A stretch of 64,000 nt of DNA from Amoebidium appalachense (taxonomy: Eukaryota; Protista; Ichthyosporea), in contig CAVNZM010000008.1 in assembly GCA_963693365.1 (NCBI GenBank), forward strand, positions 930,001-994,000. The letters are read 5' to 3'. Shown here one piece after another: positions 44,864-58,283 of this stretch. The number at the start of each line of letters is the position of its first letter. Position 1 is the stretch's first letter. The notes beneath the pieces were generated by a model that searched no databases, was not told where the DNA came from, and saw only the letters and a list, made by a program, of their open reading frames with translations. The translations under genes were made by a program, and so were the position numbers.

Positions 44864-45259
44864 ATGAAGTCATTTCTGAAGTTCATTGTCGCCATTCTCG
44901 CTCTTGTAGCTATGGCGGCCGCGGCACTCCCTCCCAGGCACGTCTACTCAGTTACAGTGCGAAATGATGACAGTTACCCAGTGCAAGTTTCAGTCACATT
45001 TGAAGGCACACATGAGCCCAAAGTTGTGCAGGAATTTATTAATGCAGGCAAAAATCACACCTTTGGGGCGATAGAGCAGAATGAGGGAACGTGGACGTCC
45101 ATTATGCATGTTGCAAGGGTCATGGTGACGTCTGGTGGGCCGAGCAATGCAGCGCATCTTTTCACGTCAGACTCGTTCAGAGTGTCTGGGCCGACTGAAA
45201 ACGTGTTGTTGGTGGTGAAGCCTGAGGCAAGAGGCCTGCTGCGTGTGGCACAGGCGTGA
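44864..45259 (+). CDS. Small secreted hypothetical protein (131 aa, intronless, beta-rich)
   Basis: Clean non-repetitive ORF with a classical signal peptide (MKSFLKFIVAILALVAMAAAA). The mature part has an alternating hydrophobic beta-strand pattern, no Cys and one N-glycosylation sequon (NHT). Confidence 0.75.
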   Translation: MKSFLKFIVAILALVAMAAAALPPRHVYSVTVRNDDSYPVQVSVTFEGTHEPKVVQEFINAGKNHTFGAIEQNEGTWTSIMHVARVMVTSGGPSNAAHLFTSDSFRVSGPTENVLLVVKPEARGLLRVAQA

Positions 45260-45741
45260 GCTGTCACAGCTGTGTGGGCTGTTTGAAATGCGTGACATAG
45301 GTGCGCAAATATGAGGTTGTTGTGGAGAGGTATGAATAACGTGTAGTTTTTATTGATGCAACGTGCGTCCTGTGCTATTGCAGACTGAGTGGAAAAGTGC
45401 AGCCTGACGAGAAAGTCGAAGTTTTGTATGGGTTGCTGTTTTCTTTTCGGTGGCCTGTCTCTTCTTGTTAGTGTGGTGAGCTGTGCTCCCGTTTAACCGT
45501 GTGGCAGCTGTATACTAGCCAATATATATGAACTGCCGCTGGCGGCAGCACCTTGTCTTACTGATTCTGATGCCTCGAGTGGAAACCTGTACAGGTTTGG
45601 TTTTTAAGCTTGACTGTGTGCTTGGGCTTTTTTTTTGCACTGTGCATGTGCATGTAGGGCTCGAGTGAGAGAGCGTAAAAGACCGATGGAAGGCACGAGA
45701 CCGTGGAAAGCATGCTTTTTTTTTATCCTTTCTTTTCTTCT

Positions 45742-45782
<41 letters not shown>

Positions 45783-45859
45783 AGGCATGCACAGCACTTT
45801 TTCTTTCTTTCTTTCTCAGTCTTTCTTTCTTTGTTTGTTTGTTTTTTGAGAACACCCCC

Positions 45860-45900
<41 letters not shown>

Positions 45901-45994
45901 AAATGGGTGTGTGTATGTGTGTGTGGTGTACCTGTAGGGAAGGCGCGATGGGAGGGTGGGGTACTTGTGGGAGTCCTTGTGCGAAGCTTTGGAG

Positions 45995-46062
45995 ATCAGT
46001 GTAGTGTGAAAAAAGGCATGGGTATCGTATCAGTGTAGTGTGAAAAAAGGCATGGGTATCGT
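45995..46062. repeat. 34-bp exact tandem duplication
   Basis: ATCAGTGTAGTGTGAAAAAAGGCATGGGTATCGT x2. Confidence 0.9.
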
Positions 46063-46576
46063 ATGCAAGGGCATATCAATCGTGCGGCGCTCTCCGGCTG
46101 GACATCATGGTGATGCACATGATACTAGAAGTGCCAGGATGTGTTTGTTTTACCTGCCATGGCCATGATGTTTAACGTGACAGCCAGCCCCTGCTAGCAT
46201 GGCATGCATAGTGTGCCCAGCAAAGGTTTGATAGGACTCGCACAGTTCCGTGACAAAGATAGGGTGCAGCAGGTGTGCACGTGCAATACAGTTGTAATTG
46301 CAACAGACACCAAAGGATACCCTACAATAGTATCGTGTTGTAGGATGTGGATTTCCAAAGATAATAAACAGTACAATACCACCCGTTAGTCATTCATAAC
46401 CAACCATTTGTAACCGCTTGTAATATACTATGTAGTAGTCTTGCGTACATATATAGCCGTGTTTGGTGACCCCTCTGCAGCCTGCCTCCCTGACTTTCCA
46501 AGCCTCTTACATTTTACGGATACGAACCCCCTTCCCTCCCCTTCCCTCCCCCTCCCCCCTCCCACCCCCTCCCCTC

Positions 46577-46621
<45 letters not shown>

Positions 46622-46922
46622 CCCCACCCCTCCCAACCCCCCACCACCGCGACCAACACTGCCCCACACGGCCACCCCGGGGGCTCTGCGTACAATCTAT
46701 AAGCTTTTTGTGTTCTATTATAACGGGTTCTGTAGCTACCCCTCCCTTGTGACATCCGTAGGCCTCCCTTCCATTCCAACTCCCCCTTTCTGTAGCTACC
46801 CCCCCTCCTCCCCCCTCCCCCCCCCCCAAAGAAAAAAAAAACAAAAACAACAACAACAACAACAACGTTAACAACAACAACAACAACAACAACAACACAC
46901 ACACACACACACACACACACAA

Positions 46923-46957
<35 letters not shown>

Positions 46958-48599
46958 AGAAGAAGAAGAAGAAGAAGAAGAAGAAGAAGAAGAAGCCTAG
47001 ACCGCGCGGCAGGAAGTTCGTCATGGCAGAGAGCTAACCCACGAGCACCACGAAGCGATTTGAATGTAACCACCAGTATACATCACGTTCCGTATACACA
47101 TATGGGTGATCGCACACAAGCTTGACGGTACGTTGTGAACCCACATGGGTCACACAGGACAAGGTGAGACAAAACTGTCAGCCAACACGTCCACTGCCTT
47201 CCATTATGTATGATACTGAATCATTGTACCGTTACTAGATACTTAGATTAGATACTTGACTGCGGACCAGCAGGGACATGTACAAATGTTGTTTGTCCGG
47301 TTATTGAGCCCAGATGTCACCACACCCAACGGGCATGAGTTGTCAAGTTGCCATATGATGGTGCTATAGCTAGCGCTGCCAGCCTAGAGTGTGTAAAGGT
47401 AGTTGGCATGCATCATGAAACCCTACAATGGCCGCCCTCGTCTAGTGTGTGGCCGTGCCGGAAAACACAGTAAGCCGTACATATACACGAGGGGCAGTGC
47501 TCCCACCGTCTCCCAAATTATATATCTAGATTGTGTATAAACCATGGCCACATAATCATGATTAATATCTGCAAGATGCCTGGTCACACACAAGGGTTGT
47601 GTGTTGTGTGTATGTGTGCACCGACTGAGTCCTTGAATTGTGACGGTTGAAATGCGATACACATGTGGTAACCGTTGGCACTGCAATCATAGAAAAACCA
47701 AAACTTTTTAGGCTCTCTCCCGACTCTCTCTCTCTTCAAAGGGATCTCTTTCTTACCACCTTTCCGATCCTGGTGGTGGTGGTGGGAGGGAGGGAGGGGG
47801 GGGGAGGGGGGGGGGGGGGGGTTATTATGCCGGAGCCTTTAAGTTTGGGCCACAGTGTGGACACCGTATCATATTATCTCGTCCAAAAACACCACCCAGC
47901 TTCGTAGAGAAGTACGGAGAAGAGGATTCTCCATGTATTACGTGAATATCAGACCTACTTTTGGGTTCCCACCAAGGAAACCCTCAGGGGTTGCAGGCTT
48001 CACAGTGACCCAGCACGTGCACATATATTCAGGAAAAACATTCATGGAACATTGGCTATTTACAAAAGGTTGCCATATTCAGCCCACACATAGATGTTCA
48101 TCACCGATGCAAAATATGGTGTTACCGGCATTCCAGTGCCCCAACAGGGGACAACACAGGACATGTACGAATGCTATTTCAGGCCGCAAACAAAAACGGT
48201 TACCGAGCGACATGTCTTCAGTAAGGCTGCTGTGTATTCAGTGATACCGTAGGGGTACCTGTGTGTGGAGACTCACATGTAAAAACTCAAGACGTGTTTT
48301 GTTTGCATAACCCTTGGCAAGTCACTGGAATAAAAAATGAACCTCTATTTAAAGCGAAGCAACTTGCCCATCAATGTACACATACAACATCACGCCGAGG
48401 TAAAGGCAACAACATCTTGGCCAAGCTACGCATAAAATACTTAGGCAGTTGATAGCAATATGTAAAATGGATGTAGGACATACAAAGGTCGCCGGGGGTG
48501 TGTGTGTGTGGTGTGTGTTACAATGGGTGAAGTGAGTGAGTGAGTGAGTGAGTGAGTGAGTGAGTGAGTCAGTGGGTGAGTGTGTGTGTGTGTGAGTGT

Positions 48600-48643
<44 letters not shown>

Positions 48644-48648
48644 GGCAT

Positions 48649-49016
48649 CTAGCTGGGAGGCAGAGAAGCGAGGTCAATCTCCCTCTCCTCCTCCTCCACG
48701 TGCTCGGACTCAACCGGTGCACGTGCCATGGCAACCACACCTGGTTGATGGAATGTCAGCGGTCGATGGGACGTAGTGGCATGTCATAGGCACAAGTGTA
48801 AAGGGAACATGGCAGAGTCTGAGGGGACAATCTGACTGTGTGCACGTGTGTTTTCTTGTGTCGGAGTGTGCTGTAGTGTAATTGTGTCGCGGTATGCCCT
48901 AGGAGATGTTGGAAGGGCGGTGTAGTGCATGCAAATCAGATGAACAAACTTTCAACAAAGGGCCCGTGATATCGAAGGTGCACTGCCTTCGGTCACCCAA
49001 GGGGGAAAAGGGGGAA

Positions 49017-49057
<41 letters not shown>

Positions 49058-49269
49058 AGCGAGCTGAGAAGTGCAACAACTGAAGAGCCTGGGGCGGGGG
49101 TATGTGTGTACATGATTGTGTCAGGACATGCCGTGTGCTTCTAGTTACACGGTAATGGCGTGATTCATACATCTCCCTCGCTTATTGTCCCCCCCCCCCC
49201 CACACACACACACCCACACGCGCGCGCGCACCCTTTTTTCCCCCTTTCCCTCCGCCTCTCCATGTTCCT

Positions 49270-49304
<35 letters not shown>

Positions 49305-49444
49305 GAAGGTGAAAGGGGTGGTGTATGGAACGTGGGTATGGTGCGGTGGGTGGAGTGGTGAACTGGTGTGTCTGTTGGTGGCGGTGGTGTGTGCATGTGT
49401 GAGTGAGTGTGTGGGTGTGGGTGTGGGTGTGTGTGTGTGTGCGG

Positions 49445-49475
<31 letters not shown>

Positions 49476-51116
49476 TTTTGAATGCGGAACACAGTACGAA
49501 GTACGCATACACGATGAGAAGCATGGTGCAGGACACATGCAAAGGCAAACATTCAAGTATGCAGCATCAGCCATGCGCACAGTATGCGTCATAAGCAGAG
49601 CCCATCCTCAGGGAGGGCCCAAGTCATCAATTGCGTCTGAGTTTCGACCCCTTAGCCCGCGTATATACGACGCTCCAACTCAGACAGCAGCATCAACTGA
49701 ACTTGGGTGGGTCAACCCGTCTTGATCAAAGACGAGCAGGGTTGCTTATGCAAGCAAGGTGAGCAAAACGGTGAAGATGTATGTGCAAACTAATGCAGTG
49801 CAGCGACAAACGCGTATGTGCTTACAGATGCACGACACAGAGCAACCATGCCCGGTTGCATGGAAGTAAAGATGTCTCCACACAGTGGTCTGTCCTGAAA
49901 GGACACCTCTGAAAGAAGACAGGGGGGGGTTTTGAATGCGGAACACAGTACGAAGTACGCATACACGATGAGAAGCATGGTGCAGGACACATGCAAAGGC
50001 AAACATTCAAGTATGCAGCATCAGCCATGCGCACAGTATGCGTCATAGAGGGGGGGGAGTTGCAAATAGTACCTGTGCGTGCAGTCTCCAGCACACCGTA
50101 TGGCCTGAGCAGAGACAGGAATGTGACGACATTTGCCGGCTTAGTGGCCAGCTCGACCACAATGCTGTCTAGGCCTACGTCCTGCACACGGCCACCAAAC
50201 AGCGCTGTGAGCTCAGTCAGAGACCGACGGTTGAGGTCCCTGTGGTGGGCCATTTGTCATGGTTATGAATGCAATCTTTTAAGGTTGTTAAAGGTGCCAG
50301 TGTGCATGCCGATTAGCTTGCCTACTCCGCAAACCCCCTCCTCCCTCCCCTCCCCCCCCCCCAAAAAAATGATGAGAAATACAGAACTGAAAGGTAACAC
50401 TTCGCCCATGTCAAAAATTGCAGACAAAAATATTCTCCAAATAGGGGAGGGAGGGGGCTGCTCAGAAGGGTACAACCGTGATTACAGAAAGCCAGTACCG
50501 AAGGCAAGGGGGGCTCTTATGTCAGGAAAATCAGAGTTAGCATTTACACCAACCATCGCCTCCCATTAAACACCAGCTGACCAATCACAAATCCCCGTTA
50601 AAATGGCTGACCAATCACAAATCCCCGTTAAAAGCACCATAGCAACGCACCTGCGCATGCGCACAGGCAGGTCAGCGTTCTCCCTGTCCAGGCTGATCTT
50701 GACCAGACACATCTCCCGCTCGACCACCTTCATGTCTGTGTAGTCAAACACCGCGTACACGGGCACTAGGTCTTCAAGCTGTGCACGCAGCTGCAAGGGA
50801 ATAGCACGTGGTTGGTAACTTGTATGTTCGTGAATTCCTTCCCTCCTCCCCAACACACACACACACACCAAAAAAAAAAAAAAAAAAAAGAGGAGGAGGA
50901 GGAGGTAAAAAAGGGGGGAAAAAAAAAGAAAGAAAAAGAAACAGCCCAAACTCTCAGTCTGTAAGTAGAAGTAGCCATCACATTCATGCCTGCCTCCTCC
51001 CTCATTCATGCCTGCCCCCTCAACCCCCCCCCCCCCCCGGGGCCCCTCCCCACACATACACCACCGCCACCAAGCCTCCCTCCCTCACCACCTTCCCTCT
51101 CCCTTCTCCCCCCAGC

Positions 51117-51149
<33 letters not shown>

Positions 51150-51500
51150 AAGAAAGTAAAGGGAGACAAAAGAGAGTAAACAGGAAGAAATATCAAATAC
51201 ACCACCATCACCACCAGGCATTCCCCTACCTGGACCACCTTTCACTCCTCTGTTTCTTTGCTTCTCTTCCCGGCTCTATCTCTCACCATGTGGCCCACAT
51301 CCACTGGGGCATCCTCTCTCCCCCCCCCCCCCCTCTCCCAACACCAACCCTGAAACAAAGAAAACCACCGGGAGGGAGGGGGAGAAAGAGGAACCCGAAC
51401 CCCCCTCCCCCCCCAAAACACAAACACACATACCACCACACTTACACACACCACATCACCCCCGACAAATACACAACCATGGACTCACCACAACCCCCTC

Positions 51501-51531
<31 letters not shown>

Positions 51532-52320
51532 AAAAACAACAAAAAAACATCACCACGCACCTGCTCTGTGGCATCGTTTGTGTCATGGAACACCAGGGTC
51601 ATGCGGCTCAGATTGGGAATGTCTGTGCGCCCAACAACAAGACTGTCGATGTTGAACCCTCGGCTGCTGATCATGCCCGATATCTTCGATAGCACACCTG
51701 AAATTTGGTATGTTGTCAGATATTTAGGACACAGTGACATGCATGGAAACCGTGCGAGGTGTAAACATACAGGAATCAGCATGCATGTGACCAGAGTATG
51801 GCCCGGAAAGAAAAGAAGACGGAGGCCTGGAAACACACAGAAAAAAAGGTACTTAGTGGCACCTTAAGGGGAGGAGGAGGAGGAGGGGGGAGGGGGGGGA
51901 AGGCGGGGGAGGGGCGGGGAGGAAGGAGTGAGATGAGGCAACGGCGGGCTTGCATTAGAAAAGGACCGGGGGACTTGGGGCTAGGCGGATAGGGAGGGGG
52001 GGGAGGGGGGGGTGGTGTCACGTGGCGGAAAAACAATCCTGTTATTGGGCAACGAGAGAAAGGAATGTGTGGGCGGCAATGGGTGAAAGAATGGACGAAT
52101 GGGAATGGAAAAGAGAGACATGGAAGGAGGCGAGCAGGGTTTGAAAGATATCACGTGCACCCCCTCCCCCCCCCCCCTCTCCGCCCCTGCTCTCACTCTG
52201 CCGTGACACCCTCAGCAGTCTGTACCCACATTCCCTTCTCTGTCCTCTACACACACCAAATCGCCTGCCAGTCCCCCAATCTCCCCTCCTCCTCCCCCTG
52301 CCTACCCTCGCCCACCACTA

Positions 52321-52362
<42 letters not shown>

Positions 52363-52643
52363 CACTTACCGGGCTCGTTCTGGACCAGTGCAGTGAATAT
52401 TCTCCTCTGCTTTGCCTTTGGCCCACTGGCACTAGTCTGCGGCATGGACTTGAGCAGATTCTCGCACACCTGCTCGGCCGTGTTGTGCACGTGCACACCC
52501 GCCTGTGCACTGCTCCCAGGGGTGGTGCCGGCCATCCTTTGGGCTGCCTGGCCTGCCTGAATGACGAGCGCACGGTGGGCAATGTGGGGCATGGCGGCAC
52601 GGTGCAGCCCACGAAAGGCCGTGCGTGCAATGTAGCTGGCCAT
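48649..52643 (-). CDS. ILV6: Acetolactate synthase small (regulatory) subunit, mitochondrial, ~269 aa, 5 exons
   Basis: Exons 52643-52370, 51697-51561, 50790-50651, 50239-50073, 48740-48649. ACT-domain motifs LVQNEPGVLSKISGMISSRGFNIDSLVVG, LSRMT, QLEDLVPVYAV, VERE and LRPYGVLETARTG. Fungal-type C-terminus DLASLPPS*; Arg/Ala-rich presequence. Confidence 0.95.
49476..50047 (-). mobile_element. Structured interspersed repeat, subfamily 1: one full unit plus a short head-to-tail partial unit, in ILV6 intron 4
   Basis: TTTTGAATGCGGAACAC occurs at 49476 and 49930 (period 454). Nearly identical to the 20642 copy; abuts a G-run. Confidence 0.9.
50576..50633. repeat. 30-bp-period tandem duplication in ILV6 intron 3
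   Basis: GCTGACCAATCACAAATCCCCGTTAAAA x2. Confidence 0.9.
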
Positions 52644-53826
52644 GGTCTGTGTGTGCGTGGGGGGAGGTGTGGGGAAAGGGCAGGCAGACGGGCGGGGACG
52701 GGAGGGGGGGTGGGAGGGTGGGGGGAGGGGGGTTGTGTTAGCACCGTTTGGTTCAAAATGTGTGGTAAAATGAAAACAGGGAGAGAGTTTGGTCGGTAGG
52801 AAGACTGGAAAGAGGTAAGGGGTACTAAAAGGAGAGTATGCAGGGTCAAGCAAGGGATTGACTTTAGTGTAGGCTCTCTTCAAAAAGTAGCACCCAGCTG
52901 CAGAGTAAGGTGGAGGGAGGGGAGGGGGTTGGCTGAGAGGGAGAGAAGGGGAGAGGGGGAAAGAGGGGACATGGGGGGAGGCAGAGAGAGGGGGGGGGCG
53001 GGGGGGCGAGGAGAAAGAGACGGCCGGGGGTGGGAGAGACAGAGGGAAAGGAAGGAGGGGGCGGAGAGAGAGAGAGGAGAGAGAGAGAGAGGAGAGAGAA
53101 ACGTGGGAAAGAGCCGGAAAAGAGGGGGGGGGGGGGAGGGGAGGAGAGAGAGAAGGAGAGGGGGGAGAGTCGGAGAGTGGGAGGGAATGCAAGAAGGAAA
53201 GAGGGGAAAAAGGGGGGGGGGGGGGGGGGGGGAAGGGCGGGCATGGGGGAGGGGTCTGTGACAGCATGATCGTGTCTGTGTGTATGTGTTTGTGTGTATG
53301 TGTGTGTGTCACGGTGTGTGAGTGTGTGTAACACGGTAACGTAAGTTTCAAAAGCAGACCGGCACCAGCAAATATTTGCTAGGTTTGATGGTGGCGGATT
53401 GGAAGGTGGACAATGAACGCGTGGGTGTGTGGCAAGACATGTCCTACGACGTGCCTAGAGGCCCGTGTTTATGAGTGAACCCGTCAGTAAGCGAACTCGC
53501 TCTGTAGTTGCCCCTGCGGCTGCACGTATGTGTGTTTGTGGGTGTTCGTGCATATTTGGGTGCTTGCGTGCGTGTGTCTGTCTCAGTGTGACCATGCGAG
53601 TTTTTCTTGGTACAACTTATGGGGCAACGCAGGCCATGGCCAGCTGACCATATGAGTCTGAGCACCAAGCACGCATGTTTAAAATCAGCCAAAAAACTCC
53701 ACGCCGCAACTCGAAACTCTGTATGTCCTGGTGCCCACATAAACCTCCAAACTCAGAATTGAAAATCTCACAGGGTAATCGCCTGTCACAGTTCCCACAC
53801 GTCCACATTCACGGTGAGTTTGCCAC

Positions 53827-53990
53827 TGAGTCACGCGTGGGGCTTACTCACTGATGCTTAGACTCTGTAGACTGCAGTCTGGAGCAACTCTCCTCCTAGA
53901 GCGTTTTCCAATCCCAAAACGTATGATAGCCTAATTGACAAAGACACAAAACTGTGGGACTGAACTCATGGCTCTTGCCGGCCTGACTCA
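53827..53990. promoter_or_regulatory. Candidate GCN4/AP-1-type bZIP sites in the ILV6-ILV5 divergent intergenic region
   Basis: TGAGTCA at 53827-53833, TGACTCA at 53984-53990, and the variant TTACTCA at 53844-53850. Confidence 0.35.
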
Positions 53991-55083
53991 AACGGCCCAG
54001 TCCCAAAGCATGTGACAGAGGCTCGGCCGGTTGGTGCTTTTTTCCCGCCAGGTTGCAGCCAATCGGGATAGACCATAGTAGCAAAAACCAAGAAACTAAT
54101 TCCTGAAAGTGCAGGGAAAAAAGCTTTAAACTGACGATAGAGAAAATAAAAATTAATGCTTGGGATGAATGAATTAATATTTCGATTTTGTGCCTTCTTG
54201 TTGAGCCTCTAATGTTTGAGGGCATCCAAGATCAAATAAACGACAAACCGATTATTGATTTAGAGTCATAAATTTATAATGCCGTGATGGCTCAGTACAT
54301 CCAATCTGAAAGCAAAACACGCCAGTCTCTTACATTTGATTCGCTATCGACCTTCCCGCCGGCGAGGCAAACAGTTCTTTACACTGAAAGTATACAGACA
54401 ATGTTGGTGAACACTTGTAATTGATATCAATAGTATCACCACATCTGCAAAATAAAAGATTTATACTTATAATTATATGAAGATATTTAAGAAGCTTAAA
54501 TAATATATATATAAGATTATCTTTACAAAACATTGAGCTTTTCGCAAGTTCAACTCTTGTATTAGCGAAAGTTTTACCCTCAAAGGCGGTGACTGGCTCC
54601 AGAAAAAAAGCAACGTGAGTGCATGTAAAAACAAATCTTTTGTTTACATACAAGCGTCACTGTCAAATGAAGAATATTTATGTGTTAGCCGCGTAAGACC
54701 TAAAATTTCTATTTTTATATGATTAAAAAAATAAAAATAGTAGAGAAGCATATAAATATAACTGATATGGTGCTCGATCACTGCACAAGTTTCAAGGCAT
54801 TTTCCTTTACCTTACCCCGCTCAGTGATATGAGGCGGCGATCATGTGGTCACAAGTATATAAACCTGCACAAGCATGGGGAGGCTTCAGAACGTCCGCAG
54901 TGTGCAGGCATGTGTCGTCCCTAACAGTTCTCTTCTTAGTTGCTCCCCGGGACAAGACCCAAAGCTGTCACTATCCAACACGGAAGAACGCAAGCACTAG
55001 GATTCCAAAACAACTTTTCACCCGCTTCTCACCTCCAGCCTGTTCTCACATCCACCCCTACCCCCCAGGTGACTACTATCAAA

Positions 55084-57482
55084 ATGGCTTTCCGCTCTGC
55101 TGTTAGGCGCACCGCCGCCGCTGTCGGCCGCGTTGCCGCCCAGCCGGCCCGCCCTGCCACTCGCGCCGTTCACGCCATGGCTGCCGCCGCCACCCGGGCT
55201 GCCCCCCGCGCTGCCGCTCTGCCCTCCGTCGCTGTAAGTTCCGGTCTCATACTCAACAATACTCAGTAGAGCCTAGTACAAGGGATGACAAGACGAGACG
55301 GTGTAGGCACCGGGGAGCCGGTTAGATGGGTTGATAAGGGGAAGCGGAAGGGACTTAGGAGAGTAAAACGAAGAGAAATAGGGGTTTTAGTGGGAAAGAA
55401 CTGGGTTTTCTTCACCCGTGAAGTTCGTGCAAGCATCTCATTGGACTACTGTTTGCAGGTCAGCAGTGTTCGCGGTATTAAGAATCTCAACTTTGGCGGC
55501 ACCGTCGAGACCGTTATTGAGCGCAGCGACTACCCCAAGGAGAAGCTGGCACAGATCTTCGCCAAGGACACCATGGCCGTTATTGGCTACGGTGTGCAGG
55601 GCCGTGCCCAGTCCCTCAACATGCGCGACAACGGTATGTGCCCATGGGGTGCATTTTGGGGAGTGGGAGGAGGGAGAGGGGAAGGGGAATAGGATATTGG
55701 AAGTGGGCAGCCTGTTGTGAAAATAGGAGTAGGGGCTGTGTGAAATAGGGGTAGGGAAGGCGGTTGAGAGAGTTTTACCAGCAGGAAGATAGGCAGGAGG
55801 TTTGTTGTAATAGCTGTAAGAGGCCGCATATGTAGGGGCAGTTCCGCGGGGACGGAATAGTTGGAGGAGGTTTTAGGCATGGAAAAGCCGTGCAACATGG
55901 AATTGGATGGATTTCGGTGTATGCACTTCACTTCCTGTTCACTCCCTTGCCGAACCCGAAGTCAACCCTTCCTTCTCTCTGTTTTTCCTTGCCTCCTTCC
56001 GTCTTTCTCTCTCTTTCTCTGTAGGGTTTTCTCTCCCTCCCTCCCTCTCTCTCCTCCTCCCTCCCCCCTCCCCCCCCCCCCCCCCCCGCCCCCGCCCTCC
56101 CCTCTCCCTCCCCGCCTCTTTCCCTTCCACCCATCCACCCACTGACCTCCCCCCCCAGGCCTCAAGGTTGTGATTGGTGTGCGCAAGAATGGCCCCAGCT
56201 GGAAGCTTGCCCAGGAGGACGGGTGGGTGCCGGGGGAGACGCTGTTTGACATGGAGGAGGCGGCCGAGAAGGGCACGGTGATCATGTACCTGCTCAGTGA
56301 TGCCGGCCAGAAGCACAGCTGGGACAAGATCAAGCCCAAGCTCACAAAGGTGCGTGTGGGGGGGAGGGGGGGGGGGGGGGCTGATAAGAGCTTGGGAGCT
56401 GATTTGTTATGAAAGGAGAGAGACATACTGGAGGTGTAGATGTATTCACCGCTTTAATGATTTGTGCGGAAAAGAGTACCGTGTTTGTGACGAGCAGGTG
56501 ATGCAGTCAAGGGACTGGGATGGACGGGGATGGGGTGTGAGACGTGCACGATTTAGTGTGTGTGTGGGGGGGGGGGGGGAATACAACAGCAAAAAGATGT
56601 AGACTTCTGAGAGGGGGGCATATCAAAGTCAACTCCCATCAACCCTGCCCCTGCCCCCCGGCCCATCCCTTCCTATCCTATCCTATCCTATCCTTTGAAA
56701 ACTTTCCAACACTGCCTTCCCCTCTTAACATACTGTACTATGGTGACATTCTAACCCTTCTCTTCTCCCAACAGGGCAAGACCCTCTACTTCAGCCACGG
56801 CTTCAGTGTTGTGTTCAGCGACCAGACCGGTGTTGTTCCTCCCAAGGACATCGACGTGATTCTGTGTGCCCCCAAGGGCTCCGGCACCACTGTGCGCAGC
56901 CTCTTCCTGCGCGGTGCAGGCATCAACTCGTCCTATGCCGTGTACCAGGATGTCAGCGGTAGCGCTGTCGATCGTGCACGTGCACTCGGTGTGGCCATCG
57001 GCTCCGGCTACCTGTACGAGACTGATTTCCGCAAGGAGGTGATGAGTGATCTGACGGGTGAGCGCGGTGTGCTCATGGGGGCTATCCAGGGTCTGTTCCT
57101 TGCCCAATATGAGGTGCTCAGGGAGAAGGGCCACTCCCCGTCTGAGGCCTTCAACGAGACGGTCGAGGAAGCCACCCAGTCCCTCTACCCCCTTGTGGCC
57201 GCCAATGGCATGGACTGGATGTATGCAAACTGCAGCACCACGGCACAGCGCGGTGCCCTTGACTGGTACCCCAAGTTCTACGCCGCATCCAAGCCCGTCT
57301 TTAAGGAGCTGTATGAGAGCGTCGAGACGGGTGAGGAGACGAGGAGGACCCTTGACAGGAATAGCCAGCCCGACCACAGGGAGAAGCTCGAGGAAGAACT
57401 TAAAGTCATTCGCGAGAGCGAGATCTGGCAGGCGGGCAAGACTGTGCGCCAGCTCCGGCCCGAGAACCAGATTAAGAATTAA
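55084..57482 (+). CDS. ILV5: Ketol-acid reductoisomerase, mitochondrial (fungal ILV5 type), ~407 aa, 4 exons
   Basis: Exons 55084-55233, 55459-55633, 56159-56349, 56775-57482. Motifs IGYGVQGRAQSLNMRDNG, LLSDAGQ, LYFSHGF, APKGSG, SDLTGERGVLMG, GHSPSEAFNETVEEATQSLYPL and CSTTAQRGALDW; R/A-rich presequence. Confidence 0.97.
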
Positions 57483-57776
57483 TGTGCTAATGGGTACATG
57501 TGTATAAAAGGATGGAATGGCGGCAATTTACGTGATTGCACGTGTTAATTATGCAGTTTTTCTTCCATGATTGGTATTCAAGTTGACGGATTACTGGTTG
57601 TTGAATCGAGTGTGCTTTAAGTCGCTGCCTTGTGCTTGAACGAATATGCTTTAAAGGCTGTTAAAGAAGTGATGAATAGTGATGGGTGCAGCCTGGTGCT
57701 GTGCCGTAGAGGCAAGCTGGCCCTTTGCCGGTCAAATAGTCGAAATACACAACAGTGGAAAGCCTATCGTGTCGGT

Positions 57777-57822
<46 letters not shown>

Positions 57823-58249
57823 TCCTCCCCTCGTGTGTGTGGGGAAGGGGAGTGGTGGTACACACACCAAATCCTCCTACTCGAGAAGACAAGCATGTAT
57901 TAAATCTCGACTCTGCTCCCAACATGCACGGCCCCACCCCCCCCCCCTTCCTTTCACCAGTCTCCAACGCAAGTGGCAAAAGCGTTTTTTGAAACTCGAA
58001 GACACTCGAACACTTCAAATTTCTAATTGTCTGACTTCCTTGATCCCCCCTGCTCCCGACCCTGCTTTCTCCCTCATTTTCCATCGCTGTCTCCCATCCA
58101 GTCATACAGCACACGATTCTAGATCTGCAGCTTTCTTCCCCCCCCCCCCCCAAAAAAAAAAAAAAAAAAAAAAACACATCTACATGCTTCCTAAAAAAAG
58201 GCCTCCTGTCCTCCATCTTCCAGACCCCCCTCCCTCTCTCCCTCCCCCC

Positions 58250-58283
<34 letters not shown>

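Noticed and set aside
45995-50633. Short direct repeats as CRISPR-like arrays
   Set aside because: Each has only two adjacent copies, no spacers and a eukaryotic context; these are simple tandem duplications.
56751-57377. Long antisense ORF opposite ILV5 (and similarly 10493-10927 opposite OsmC)
   Set aside because: Shadow ORFs caused by the GC-rich codon usage of the true sense genes.
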